A model generated the notes under the pieces. It was not told the origin of the DNA. It made no database searches and saw only the letters and a list, made by a program, of their open reading frames with translations. The position numbers and the translations under genes are program-made. Of a stretch of DNA of 64,000 bases, positions 51,926-64,000 are shown piece after piece (within the stretch, counting starts at the first letter, position 1; every line of letters begins with the position of its first letter). Source of the stretch: Hydrolagus colliei (taxonomy: Eukaryota); NCBI GenBank assembly GCA_035084275.1, contig CM068772.1:2294001-2358000 (forward strand), read 5' to 3'.

Positions 51926-54900
51926 GTAAGTCATTTGCTTGTTTTATTGTCCCTTCTTTCCCCTTTTTTCTGTGTGTTGTGTGTGAAAAAAAATGTTATT
52001 TTTGCAAGAGGGGTTGGCGCGCCTCTCCCCATGTGGTGCTGTTTTTTAGTGGCGAGAGAGTGATAATGGGGTTTATATGATCTCTTTATTATCGTTAGCC
52101 TTTCCTGCCTTGCAGTTGGCAAATGCAATAAAGACATTAAGGAGCCCAATGTGAGCCATAGTTGCCTGGGACATTGCCTTGTTTCCCAGGCTTGTAAATT
52201 TGACTGTCACGAGTGTGCACGTTATAAAACCCTTGGAAACGCGATAAAAGTGTTTGTGTGTGTGAGAGAGAGAGAGAGTGTGTGTGTGTGTGTATTTGGG
52301 GGTGGGGTTGGAGAGGGGGGGGGGTGAAAGGAAGGAGAGATGCAGGAAGCCCAGAAACTTTCTTCCCTTATTCTACCAGTTATCTATCTCCCAAGCCATA
52401 AAACCCTTATGCGCCAGGTGTCTTGAGACGAATGGACAGCAAAGGTACCTCAAAGATACAATCACTGAAGATGGTCGCCTGGGGTCACTATTCATTCCTT
52501 TGAAATCGCCTGGTGGTTAGAAACAGGCAGAGAGAAAGAAAGACAGAAACTGCAGTGATTTTCCCCAACCCCACTCACCTCACAAAATATTTGACTTTCT
52601 AAATTGGGAAGAAACAAACCCCCCCCCCCCCCCCGCCCCCCCACGCCCCAAGACTGAAGCACTTTTTCTTAAAATATATATAAGTGAACAATCGTGACAG
52701 ATAATGCACACACACACAGAGTGAGAGAGAGAGAAAAAGAAGTGTGTGTGTGTATGTGTGTGAGAGAGAGAAAGAGAGAGACAGAGAGTGAGAGGTGTGA
52801 AAGAATAAGAATTCGCTGTAACCCCAAGCTTGATGTGACCCGTTGATTCCTTATCTAGTCGGAATTGATGCTTCGGGCTCCAATCTCTATATCATTCTTG
52901 AGATTTCTGTGTCCCAAATGCTCAGCCTTTCTTCACGAATTGACTAATGGCCGCTGCAAATGACAGCGCCTGCAGAATGTAAATTGCTACACCCAAATAC
53001 ACTGCCGTTAATCTACATGTATTCTCCGCAGATAGTGAGGCTAGAGAGAGGTCACTGCATAGCCTAACATCTCCCTGGCTTGAGATTCCTTGTCTGGAGG
53101 GGGATTTTTTTTCAAGCCACAACACAAACAACAACAACAACGATAATGTAAAATAAAATATGATTTTAAAAAAAATGAGTAGGGTCGGGAAAGGGAGAGA
53201 TGTAGAGAGAGAGAGAGAAAGAGAAATGGGAAATCCACTGATGGCGTATTTGCTCGTTTAAAAAATAAAATCAGGGGTACAATGTTATGATCCCTTTATA
53301 CCATGATCTCACTCAATGTCTCTCTGCCTGTTTATGCGCCAGTCGCTGGCATCAGTTGCTCGCGGTGTAGATTTCAACGTGTAAAACATCCTCCACCCAT
53401 TATATAGGATGGTGTGTGGGTGCAAAACACGCCCAAACGAATTTCAGATAGAGTCACGTTAATTGTAAGTTGTTCATTTGCATGTGGCACCGGCCACCAC
53501 AAACGGTCGTTTACAGGCGAGAGCACAAAACTACTCGCGTGTTTAATGGTACCATTTAACCTCCCAAAAATAAACATTGAACAATAACGTCGACGTTATT
53601 ATTAAATAATATTAAGAAGAAGAAGAAGAATGGCGCCGGTAATCAGTTAGATTTGAATCAATTAAAATGATGAAGTGATTAACCTCCCCCCCTCCCCAAC
53701 CCACCCCACTCGCCCCCACTCCAGAGATTTCGTGTTTCTTGCAAATCCCAGATCAAAGTAAAATGGTTTACAGGTTGTTCGGGGATTACATTTGGGTGTG
53801 TGTTCGTGTAAATGTTCTGAATGTGTGCGACCTTATATGGCCTGTATGTGAATAGTTGGTGTGTGTTTGTGTGTGTGTGTGTGTGTAGTTGTTCGGTAGG
53901 GCATGTATTACCTATATATACAGCTCAGCCTGTGTTTTACTATTCACTTTATAAAGTGCGGAGGTGTGGTATGCTGGCGTTAGACATTTGGAGCTATGTG
54001 TCCATGGAATTCAAGGTTTAACTTATCTGGTCTGTGTACATTCAAAATGTATGTGTCTATAAATACATAGCTTGTATTAGTATAGAGGGGGTGATAGTCT
54101 GAATATAGTTCCAAGTATAGGCATAATCGCCATGTTAAATGTACATAATGTTTCTGAGTGGTAATTTCTGTGGTCTCAATGCATCCAGTATGAGAATATG
54201 TGTGTGTGTGTGTGTGTGTGTTTTAATGTGTATATTGTTTTACATGAAACAGGTAGGATTCTTCCTATATGTTGTATGTGCATGCAGCCTGTGTGTAAAT
54301 AGCATGTGTAATCCCCCCTGTGCATGAAACGTATGGTCTATTTATGGTTATAGATTGTAAATAAGTAAATGAGTAAGTCAACGTGAATAAGTAACATGCC
54401 TCTCCATATAGTGCTTCAACTATATTTACAGAATGCAGAATAATTTACAGAATTTACAGAATAATGTATCTTATTATGTCTACCTTTGTATGAAAAATAC
54501 AAACATGTGTAAACAGAGCATGTATACATATGTAGAATCCAAATATTTGAATCCAAATATTTAGCTTATACGCGTACACAGGACTGAGATTGATATGTGC
54601 ACACACATGTAGTCTGTGCACACGTGAAACTCGTATGTATAGCATGTAAACTGTATGAAAGCAGCATGAACATATGTGTGCATTGCTGCATCCATGTGCC
54701 TGTGCAAAACGCACTGTGCTGAGTGGAACATATATGGATTTGCATTCAGAATTACATGACAAAGGAGCGAGACTAATAGCACAGGAGATGTCTGCAAATT
54801 CTACGGTGGTGGTGGGGTGGAGGTAGTGGTGGGGTGGTGGTGGGATGGGAGAGTGGGGGGAGATGGGTATAGTGGGGGTAATCGTCGCAGTCTTGATAAC

Positions 54901-57168
54901 AACTCCATGAATAAATGGGAGTGAGGTACGCATGCACCAAAGGCAGTCAAGGGGAAAAAAAATCAATTATTTGATTGATAGGTGAATAGCTGTAAGATAG
55001 ATGGCTGCTTGGAGAACAGCAGTCAGGTAAGAAGACAACACAAATGTGCAATCTATTCCAATACATTAATTGTTTGTAACTACAACTGATTTGTGAACAA
55101 ATGGGCATGTGCAAATATTACAATGAGCAGGCATTCATTCCACTGAAAATGTGAGCAGAATTGCTGAACTCTCTAGAATTTATTTCCGCCAATGACAACT
55201 AAAAGTGGTTGTCAAAACCGCTCCCATGGTTCGGTGTTAATAACTATCAGTATCATTAATATAACATTGTTTATCTCCGAACCAGATATATCAATGTTAT
55301 GCAACAATCCAAACACGCGTAGACATATTTTTGGCAATAATTGCAATGATTTGGCAATTATAACAAATGTGTGTTCGAATGAAGACACTCACTGCATTTG
55401 TACAGTAATTATTCAAGTAATTATTCTTTCGTATCAGGGTCGTAAGCCAATAAAAAGAATCTTTGCCCATCCCAGTCTTTTTTTGCATGGTTGACAACAA
55501 GACTCCATTTTAGCTGTGTGACAAGATAAAGTGTGGACTCCTAAAAAACAGTCACTGGTGGGTTGCTTTCCTTGAAATAATCCCTGTAGATTGGAAAAAC
55601 AATCCAACAATGTAGCATAATCCCATCATGGCTATAACATGCCCAAACCTAATTCCTTATTGCATTTCACTGAGTGGAGTTAAGTACCCCCTCCACCATC
55701 CTCTCTCCCCCCCACCCCACCCCTCACCCCTGACTCACACACACACACACACACATCTACCCCCAATTCAACCAGCAATTTTAGAATAATTAGTAGCAAG
55801 ATACATGCATCAGATTGGGGAGTTCAGCAAAATACACATTTGAAATAAAAATGCAAATACTCATCTACAACATACTGAGCTTGGGTAACAAAAATTGTTG
55901 ATGTTGTGGATACAGAGAGAGAGAGAGACAGATGCTTAGAGTCAACACACACATATATAAAACACAGCAGTTGCAATTTTAACATCTCGAAATAATAAGC
56001 TACTGTAGAAAGTTTCGACTTGTATAGTTACTCGAAACGTTTTATTAATCGAGTTTTTTTTAATTAAAAAAAAGTTTTTCAAGGAAATCTATTTCCCCCA
56101 TCATGACCTGATTGGCAATTGCAGTTTTAAAAATAAAAATGAATAGGACAGTCGGTCCTAATTTTTCTAAGGTTTGAAAAGGGTGAGCGTTTCCTTAGTT
56201 TACTTGTTAGGTTTCCCTTTATTATCAGTTTGGTATGTAATAAATCGTGCCTTCTTAATCCTAAAAGAGTTAATTCTCTGACTCAATGCAAGTCAGTGGC
56301 AGCTAGTATTAGTCAACCATGTTAGACAGTGTAGTATCGTAAGCCCCCCCCCGTTTTCGCCCAAACTATTCGTGTTACACAAACACAACAGGTAAACGGT
56401 GCAGATGTGGATATTGAGTGCCCGGGAGATTTATTCATGAACTGACATCAAACTGTGATTTTTAATGTCTTCATACAATTCCAAACCGGATTTGAACAAT
56501 CTCTACCAAAACGGAGCCATGTGCACTGTGCCATTCTGAAATTTACTTCCAATAATATCAATCACAAATGAAGGAATATATATTCCCTCTCTCCCCCCCC
56601 CCCCCCCCCCCCCCCACCCCCCAACCCTCCGCCCATCCCCCATCTGAGATGAGAAGATATAGAATATATTTTTAGAAAACATAAAGGATATGGGGGAATA
56701 ACAGAAAGAGGCGAAAGGGGGAGATTGGATGCGTGTGTGAAAAGGGGAGTGCAAGCGAGGTCGAGAGGGAGAGAGAGAGAGACACACACGCACGCACACA
56801 CACAGACTTACACAGTACGAGAGACAACAAGAGATATAAGAGTGAGCCAAAAAAAGTTTTCTTTATTTACTGAAGAAATTACATCCAACATTAGCTGTGA
56901 TTTAATTGACCAAAATAGTCTGATGAATGCAACAACATTTGTCAACTAGTGAAGCTGTTTTCAGTTCCCATCAACCAATTTCACATACTTTCCCAATCCA
57001 TTCTCACTCCCAGAGAATGGAAACTATTTTGTCCTCGGCGTTGAAAATTACCGAACAGGAAAGTACTGTAATTTAACAATAAAATTATCAAATTCGAAAG
57101 CAACTACAAGAAAATAAAAATGCTGCCGAGCTAAAACAATTTAAAAAAACTATACATGTATAATATAG

Positions 57169-57199
<31 letters not shown>

Positions 57200-57698
57200 G
57201 TGGTTGCAATGACACCAATAACGTTTATTATTTCAATGTTTATTTTAATAACGAAAATCTGCGTATTCCTACCAAACGTGAACTTATTTGTTTCATCCAC
57301 TTTTCCGTCTATTTCGATCTTGCAAATGCTGTCTAGATGGCTATGGCTTTTTTCTGTCAGGGTTAGAATGAAATACAAGGAAAGGATGCGGTATCTCAAA
57401 TGCCTTTTTTTAAAAAAAAACATTTCTTCGTAGGACACTTTATAAGAGACACACAAAAAAAAAACAAATATCCCCTTCCCTCCCTCCACCCACCAACCCA
57501 CACTCCCCCACCCCCAACATTTTCACAAGAATATAAGAGAGTTAGCTTGCCGCTGGGCTTAATTTCTCCCCTTACATTCTAACTAGTTATTGAACTAGCA
57601 AGAAGACTTGAAGGCCATTTGCTAAGAGACGGATTTCTCCGTGCTTTATTCATCAATAACTCCTTGGCAGTGACCTATTGGAACGAGTCAAGCAAGAG

Positions 57699-57715
57699 AG
57701 GTGAAATTCAGGTCA
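57699..57715 (+). promoter_or_regulatory. DR5 retinoic acid response element (Hox4 5' RARE)
   Basis: AGGTGA-aattc-AGGTCA, 1.8 kb upstream of miR-10 and 3.9 kb upstream of HoxC4, inside a unique block (about 57560-57750). Same architecture as the known 5' RAREs of Hox4 paralogues. Confidence 0.85.
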
Positions 57716-59510
57716 CGCTGTCTAACAAATATTAAAATGCGCCTCTGTAACAGAGGCTGGGGGTAGGGGCGTTGGAGATGAGGGGAGGTGGAGGGGGTGG
57801 GTGTAGGGTGAGAGGGTGGAGGAGGTGGGGGTTCTAATACTGAACAGCTTTAGATTAAAATGCAAAGATAATTTCCAACACCAGAAATTTAATTCATTGA
57901 ATCCATATAATATTTCTTGCAGACACTCCAATATTGGCGAAGCTGCTTTGCTGTTTAGCAGTTAATAGTGTGGCCATGAATGAACAATGGGGAAAATGCC
58001 AGTTTGCACTGGACTTTTTTTTCCCTTTACTGACTAGGAGACTGGTAATTAAAATCCGTTTAGGTTGATTCATTGCAATAGTCCTTAGACCTCATAAAAC
58101 AAAGCGGATTGACATGAAACCAAGCGAGCACTCTTCTGTTAATATCAGCTGTCTGTGACTGTTCCCCTTGCACGTGCCATGTACAATAATTTCAAATAAA
58201 ACGCAAATAGAAACACATACACACACATATATATGTTATATATATATATATACACACACACACATATATATATATATATAACTATATATAGTAAAATAAA
58301 GGAAACGTTGTGGTTTAAACCCCCCATATGTGGGATAAAAGGCACATTTTATTTTTAATTTAATTTAAAATAAACACAGCAAAAACCCTTGAACATATGA
58401 ATTCACTGTATTTGTTTTTGCCTGGCCATGTATATTGTGCTAATGGCATTCGCATGACTCAAATAATGGGAGTTTGCGATATACTGCCAGGCCACTTTCT
58501 TTCCTTACTTTCCCCCCCACACACACCCCCCAAAAAAATTGGAGGTGTAGGGTTGTGGGGTGGTGGGGGGAATGTGGGTGGGGGGGCAAAACATTTTCGT
58601 TCAGAGCAAAAGGTTGGCATAATATATATTCCAAATAATCAAATGGATTATTCTGGTTCCAAAGACCAAAGTGGTCTTTGGAACCAGCACCCAAGACCAC
58701 TTGTCTTTGATGGACTTTATTTCGTCCTCAATAATCTCAGCCAATCCTTGTGGAAAATAGAGGAGAGGAAAGGAGTGGGGTGGGGGTGGGGGGGATTACT
58801 TTTTTCAGAAATTTCAGAAAGATGAGATTGGATGGATAGATAGATGGATAGATGGATAGATAGGAAAAAGTCACATTTACTTAAATTACTAGAATATCCA
58901 ATTATTGATGCTCATCGTCTCCACACAGTAGCCTTTCGGGGAGACAATAATTTAAATTTATTATTATTTTTTCAAAGAAAATTCTTCATGTTACAGTCAG
59001 TTTTCTTTGGAGGTTTCTGTTTAAGACAGCCACACAGTGCTGTACGACTAAACACCGCCAAAGTTGAGGACCACAACTACCAACTCTTGTCAAATTCTGA
59101 ACAGTTCAGAAATGAGTCAATGTGAATCCAGGTGAAAATTCCGCCCAATAGAACCCTCATACTCTTTTTTTAACCAGAAACCGCATCAAATCATCTTTCT
59201 GAATAAAGACCTTTAAGATTCACTCTTTTTTCACTGTGATAGAATTTCGGATGTACCAGAATGGATGTGGGTGGTGGGGGGCAATGAAGATGGCTGTTTT
59301 CCTGAATAAAGGTGTTGGTGGTGGGAAGGTGTGGGGTGTGGGAGTGCTGGGGGAGGGAGCTTACTGTGACCTGTGGTTGTATGTGTATCTGTGGTTCGCT
59401 GTACGGCCAGCCTTTACAACTATCCCAATTGTAAACACCGTAAAATGTTAGCACGGCTTTTAAAAAAAATAATGGATCATTACTTTTATCACCTCGGGCT
59501 ATTTCGAGCA

Positions 59511-59594
59511 GTCGTCTATATATACCCTGTAGAACCGAATTTGTGTTAGCAGTTTGTAATCACAAATTCGTCTCTGAGGGAGTGTATGGTCGAT
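59511..59594 (+). ncRNA. mir10: miR-10 family precursor (HoxC-linked); mature 5p at 59523-59545
   Basis: TACCCTGTAGAACCGAATTTGTG (miR-10b-type mature sequence) pairs with the 3' arm CACAAATTCGTCTCTGAGGG. Canonical position between Hox5 and Hox4. Confidence 0.97.
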
Positions 59595-60340
59595 GTCAAG
59601 GCAACAGCGTTGGCGGTTATTTCACAGCGTTGGCGGTTATTTAAGAATCTTTCCTTTTTTTTAATCGTCGTTTAATTCAATTAACCAGTTGAAATGCAGG
59701 GGTTTTACGATATGGAATTGGAGTGGAGTGGCGGAGGGGGGGGGGTTGAGGGAGGGAGGGAGTGGGGGGGGGGGGGGGGAGTTGTGGGGGGGAGTTGTGG
59801 GTGGGGTGGGGGGCAAAGCCTTTTAAATGTGCCTGTGTGAAACGCAAAGGTGTGTGTGTGGATTGCGCCTGTGTGAGCGTCGCTTTTCCAGTCATGACTC
59901 GTGAGAGACACAGCTAGGCTTTGCAGGCAGGGCTAGGTGGAGGCCACGGTGGTTCGTAAATCCTGAACCCAGCTACCGCCGGCCACGACTCGAAACAGCT
60001 CACAGACAACAACAAAACGTTAGCACTGGAGTGATTTATTGCGATTTGCTAAAAACCAATGCAATCTCATATCGCCTAGCTGCGAGACGGGAGCTTGACT
60101 GTCACAGCACCAACTTCTCAAATAAATATCATTTACTATTTTCTTTGTGCATCCGCCCCCCCCCCCCCCCCCCCCCCCCACCACCTCCTCACACCCACAC
60201 GCAAACTCACACATACTCTTGTTGGTCGCTCAAACATGACATTATTTTTTTTGGCGGAGGGGTTGTGGGGGGTGGGTTCTTGTGACTTCATTCCCTCGCT
60301 GCTCTTATTGTACAGCTCGGTTGGTCAAAGTTCAATACTA

Positions 60341-60372
<32 letters not shown>

Positions 60373-61439
60373 GATTGACCATTTCACTTGCGATTGGATT
60401 GATATCTTAAGCTTGCGACTGACTGTCAACCAAAGGGTGATGGGTGGGGTGGGGGGCGTTATTCTGGAGGCAAGATCCTCGCTAGATTTTTTTTGGGGGT
60501 GTCAGCTTTGTGCTCAAACTATGAACTTTGCGACCTATTTGATATCAAGCCTCGCCGGCGTCGTTGTGAACGAAGAGGAAAAAGCATGGAAGCAAATGCA
60601 GTAGACTGTATGCAAACCACCTCCCACCCCCCAAAAAAAAACACGCCACCGAAACGCTACGAAAACCCACGTACAATTGCACGTCGGTGGGACCAGTAAA
60701 CTTCCGTTTATCCATTCAGAATAAAAGTGGAGTGGCTGAAAGTTGTGGCTGCTTGAAATCGTGCAAAACTTTGAACTTTGTCGGTTCAGTTATAGCGTTC
60801 AACCCACCTAAATGTCTTTAATCTGTAAAGACCCCCCGCCCCTACCCCCACCTCCCCCTCAAGAAAAATGTCTTGACACTGTGGTGGGACGATTTATTGC
60901 CAAGTTAATTTAGACAGAAATACGTCAAAAGGATTGGTTAAGTCTATGTAATATTATTTTTAATCTTCTTTGAGATTCTGTTGCCAAAATGCTTTGTGAT
61001 GTTAACCCGCTGGATTCGAATTATCTTAATGAGGGTTACACCGAGACAGCCACTCCGAAAACTTTTTTTTCAACCATTACCATTTTTTGTTACCCGGAGA
61101 CACTTTGCAAAGGTCAAATAAAGGGGGATCGAACCTTCCAGGTGCCTGCTTGCCTTTCCTGTCACACAGTGTGTGTGTGTGTGTGTGTGTGGACATTAAC
61201 TTAAGGAGCTCGTCAAGACAGAGAGAGAGAGAAGAGAGAAGAGAGAGAGAAGCGAGAGAGGGTAGTGGAAGGTGGGGGGTGGGGGAGGGGGGGAGAGGAG
61301 AGAGAGGAAAAGAAAAGAAATGAAAAATGAAAAAATCGAGGCAAATTGAGGTGAGATTCCATCTCCCACACAACTCCCACCACCCGCCCCCCCCCCCCCC
61401 CCACCACCAAAAAAAACATCGGAGGGCAAATATTCATGG

Positions 61440-61609
61440 CTATCTTCCAATGAATTGGTTCCTTATCCGGGCTCTACCTCGCTGTGAGCCATTGGACGGT
61501 GGAGTCACATGGTGAAACTTAAGTTTGCACCGTGGCTTTGAGAGTAGGAGGGTTTTATGGAGCAGAAAAACGACAAAGCGAGAAAAATTATTTACTCTTT
61601 CGGAAATTA
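61440..61609 (+). promoter_or_regulatory. HoxC4 promoter/conserved 5'UTR
   Basis: ATTGG boxes, GTCACATGG, and GGAGGGTTTTATGGAGCAGAAAAACGACAAAGCGAGAAAAATTATT...GAAATTAATG, typical of the conserved Hox4 leader. Confidence 0.75.
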
Positions 61610-62132
61610 ATGACGATGAGCTCTTTTTTGATGGGCTCTAACTACATCGATCCAAAATTCCCTCCCTGTGAAGAGTATTCGCAAAACAGCTACATACCGG
61701 ATCACCACAGTTCGGAATATTACAGCCGGTCAAGGGATTCGGCGTATCTTCCGCCAATACCACCACCACCACATCAGGATCTATACCAACGACCCAACTA
61801 TACCGGACGCCAGTTCGGTTGCGCTCCCGGTGCTCAAGGTCCCGGGAACCCGCCTGCCAACCACCGGGCTGGACATGACCAGCCCCAAGTCGCCCTTCAA
61901 CACCAACACCAACAACACCACCTCTCCGGCAAACCTGTGCCCTGTGAGCCAGCGACGCTCGCCACCACCACCAGCGCAGTCGCCGCCTCCACCTCCTCCT
62001 CCTCCTCTTCCTCTTCTTCCTCGCCCCCCTCGTCGTCCGCTTGCACCCAGCAGAACTTAGAACAGCATCCGTCCAGCAACGCTAAGCAACCTATGGTGTA
62101 CCCTTGGATGAAAAAGAATCATATAAACGCTG
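61610..62132 (+). CDS. hoxc4: Homeobox protein Hox-C4, exon 1
   Basis: MTMSSFLMGSNYIDPKFPPCEEYSQNSYIP... with hexapeptide VYPWMKK. Phase-1 donor GCTG|GTAGGT at 62133. Confidence 0.96.
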
Positions 62133-62484
62133 GTAGGTGATAGCCATTCAACTACCCCCCCCGCCCCCCCATCCTCCCACTTCCCCCCCCCCCCCCCCCC
62201 CCACCCTCCCACTCTCCCACCCCACCCAATACTTTGTGTTCCCCCCTTCTCTCTCTCTCTCCCCTCCTTCCTCTCTCTGTGTGTGTGTGTGTGTGTGGTG
62301 TGTAAAACGTAAGTAGAGAGAAGGAGAGCGAAAGAGAGGAGAGAGAGGGGGGGTGGGGGGGGGGGGGGGGGGGGGGGGTTGAAGGTTGAGTCGCAGGTAC
62401 TGTGAGGCAGACAGGAGTAGAGAAAGAGGCTGGGAGTTTGAAAGGAGAGAGTAGAGAGAGAAAAAAGTCAACCCTATTGAACTG

Positions 62485-62545
62485 GATTTACGAGGAACCC
62501 TCTCACACAGAGTGGTGATTACACTCGCCATAAATTTTTATTGTC
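62485..62545. promoter_or_regulatory. HB-1-like homeodomain/Cdx binding cluster in the HoxC4 intron
   Basis: GGATTTACGA...GTGATTACACTCGCCATAAATTTTTATTG is an island of unique sequence amid microsatellites. An intronic HB-1 element is known for Hox4 paralogues. Confidence 0.6.
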
Positions 62546-62891
62546 GAGGAAGTAAGGCCATGTGGTGTATTCTGTGTTATATTCTGTATGTGTGTGTGAG
62601 AGAGAGAGGGAGAAGGGGGAGGGGCGGTGAGAGAGAACTCGTAGCTTTGTAGAAGTGCATCAATAATTAAAATCACTGGTGAGAGGAAACTTGGGTAGGG
62701 GTGGGGAGTGGGGGGGAGGTGGGGTGAGATAGGGGGCTCTTGACATAACAAAGTATTAGAAACAACAGCAACAAGTTTAACCCAAATCACGAAAGGGGAG
62801 AAACCCAACCTTTGGAAGCCCTCTTCTCCTCTATCCTCTCTGGGTCTCTCTCCTCTGTCCATCCACCCATCCGTTCTTTTTCTTTCCCCAG

Positions 62892-63200
62892 TGAATCCTT
62901 ATTCCGCGGAAATCAAGCGAGCACGCACCGCTTACACCAGACATCAAGTCTTAGAACTGGAAAAAGAATTCCATTATAACAGGTATCTGGACTAGGCGCC
63001 GTCGCATCGAAATAGCCCACACTCTGTGTCTGTCGGAGCGGCAGATCAAAATATGGTTTCAAAACAGGAGGATGAAATGGAAGAAGGACCACAGGCTGCC
63101 CAATACTAAGGTCAGATCCACCGCCTCGTCAACCGGCTCTGAGGAACTCTCTCACACAGCCTCTCAAGACCCGCGAGGCGAAGATATCACAAGGTTATAA
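62892..63200 (+). CDS. hoxc4: Hox-C4, exon 2 (homeodomain) with an apparent 1-nt insertion at 62989-62990
   Basis: Acceptor CCCCAG|TG. As read: [39 protein letters not shown]. Removing one G gives [43 protein letters not shown]...EDITRL*, the HoxC4 C-terminus; repaired protein about 276 aa. Confidence 0.93.
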
Positions 63201-63672
63201 AAAAATAACATATCAGGGTAAAGGTGGGGTGGGTGGGTGGGTTATTGTGTGGGGAGGAGAAAGAAAAACACAATGACTTGTTTATTTATAGGATATAATA
63301 TATATTTTTCTTCCTTCTTCGTGAGTTTGCCTGGCGTAAATTTAAGAAGAAAATCAGGTCTTCCCGAACAAGATTCAAAATAAAATGCATGTGTGGATTG
63401 CATGGCAATTAAATACCTACCTGATTTTACAACGCTATGGGGTTTAATTTATTTACAAATAGGAATGGGGAGTCAAAATGATCTGTTTGGATGTTGCTCA
63501 GTCAATTTCCACATGTTGTAAGTAGGATGTTCACTTTCAAACCAATAACCCATACATCTATGTTGGAGGCCACAGCGGGGGGTTTTTTAAATAAAAAAAG
63601 ACTTAAATATGAAGGACAACCTTTTTTTTGTAAAAAAAAGTAAGATACAGTACTGGAAGTCTTCGTGCATCT

Positions 63673-63678
63673 AATAAA
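63673..63678 (+). terminator. Candidate HoxC4 polyadenylation signal
   Basis: AATAAA followed immediately by a GT-rich downstream element (GTTGTGTTGTGTGTTT). Confidence 0.5.
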
Positions 63679-64000
63679 GTTGTGTTGTGTGTTTACAGGA
63701 TGTTAAAATAATAGCTAGTTTTGTCTTGTATTATGGTGTAAAGTTTATGTGCACTTGCAAACAGAAGTTAAAGAGTGCTAAAGTTCTTTTTAGTTAACTA
63801 AGCAAAGAGAGAGGGTGATGTAACGTGAATGTCACAAACTTTTCTTTTACACGTTTTCCATTACAGTGTCTTTATTACTGCCTTGGTCTTGTTGTTGCTC
63901 TCTGTCAGAATCTTGAGTGGGTTCAGAAAGCCCACACGAAGGGAATGTTGATCGACACTGCTTATTTTTGGACAGATTTTAAACAAGTTATAATTCTCCC

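Noticed and set aside
53800-54800. ORFs 54454-54966 and neighbours
   Set aside because: Degenerate TG/TA-rich low-complexity DNA giving C/V/Y/H-biased spurious translations.
63214-63220. miR-10 7mer-A1 seed match (CAGGGTA) in the HoxC4 3'UTR
   Set aside because: A single weak site only about 14 nt after the stop codon (ribosome shadow); compatible with chance.

Overview
This is a vertebrate HoxC cluster segment with all genes on the + strand, in the order HoxC12, HoxC11, [200-N gap], HoxC6, HoxC5, miR-10, HoxC4. The tRNA-headed SINEs with (ATT)n tails, a Deu-domain fragment and CR1-type LINE 3' ends suggest a cartilaginous fish, most likely a holocephalan (chimaera or elephant shark); this assignment is an inference. 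HoxC12 and HoxC5 have intact two-exon ORFs. HoxC11, HoxC6 and HoxC4 carry four single-base frameshifts in short homopolymer or doublet contexts, more likely long-read consensus errors than pseudogenisation, though this cannot be resolved here. HoxC10, C9, C8 and miR-196 are absent, and the junction coincides with an unsized 200-N gap. HoxC5 and HoxC4 are unusually divergent. Non-coding features include a DR5 RARE upstream of miR-10, a CTCF motif at the C6|C5 position, Cdx/Hox-site CNEs, a candidate distal promoter with a 31-nt non-coding micro-exon, a retroelement island at about 44-49 kb, and inverted repeats centred on (TA)n tracts. Most short ORFs in the track are microsatellite or homopolymer artefacts. 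Comparisons with human and other species are from recall, not from searches.
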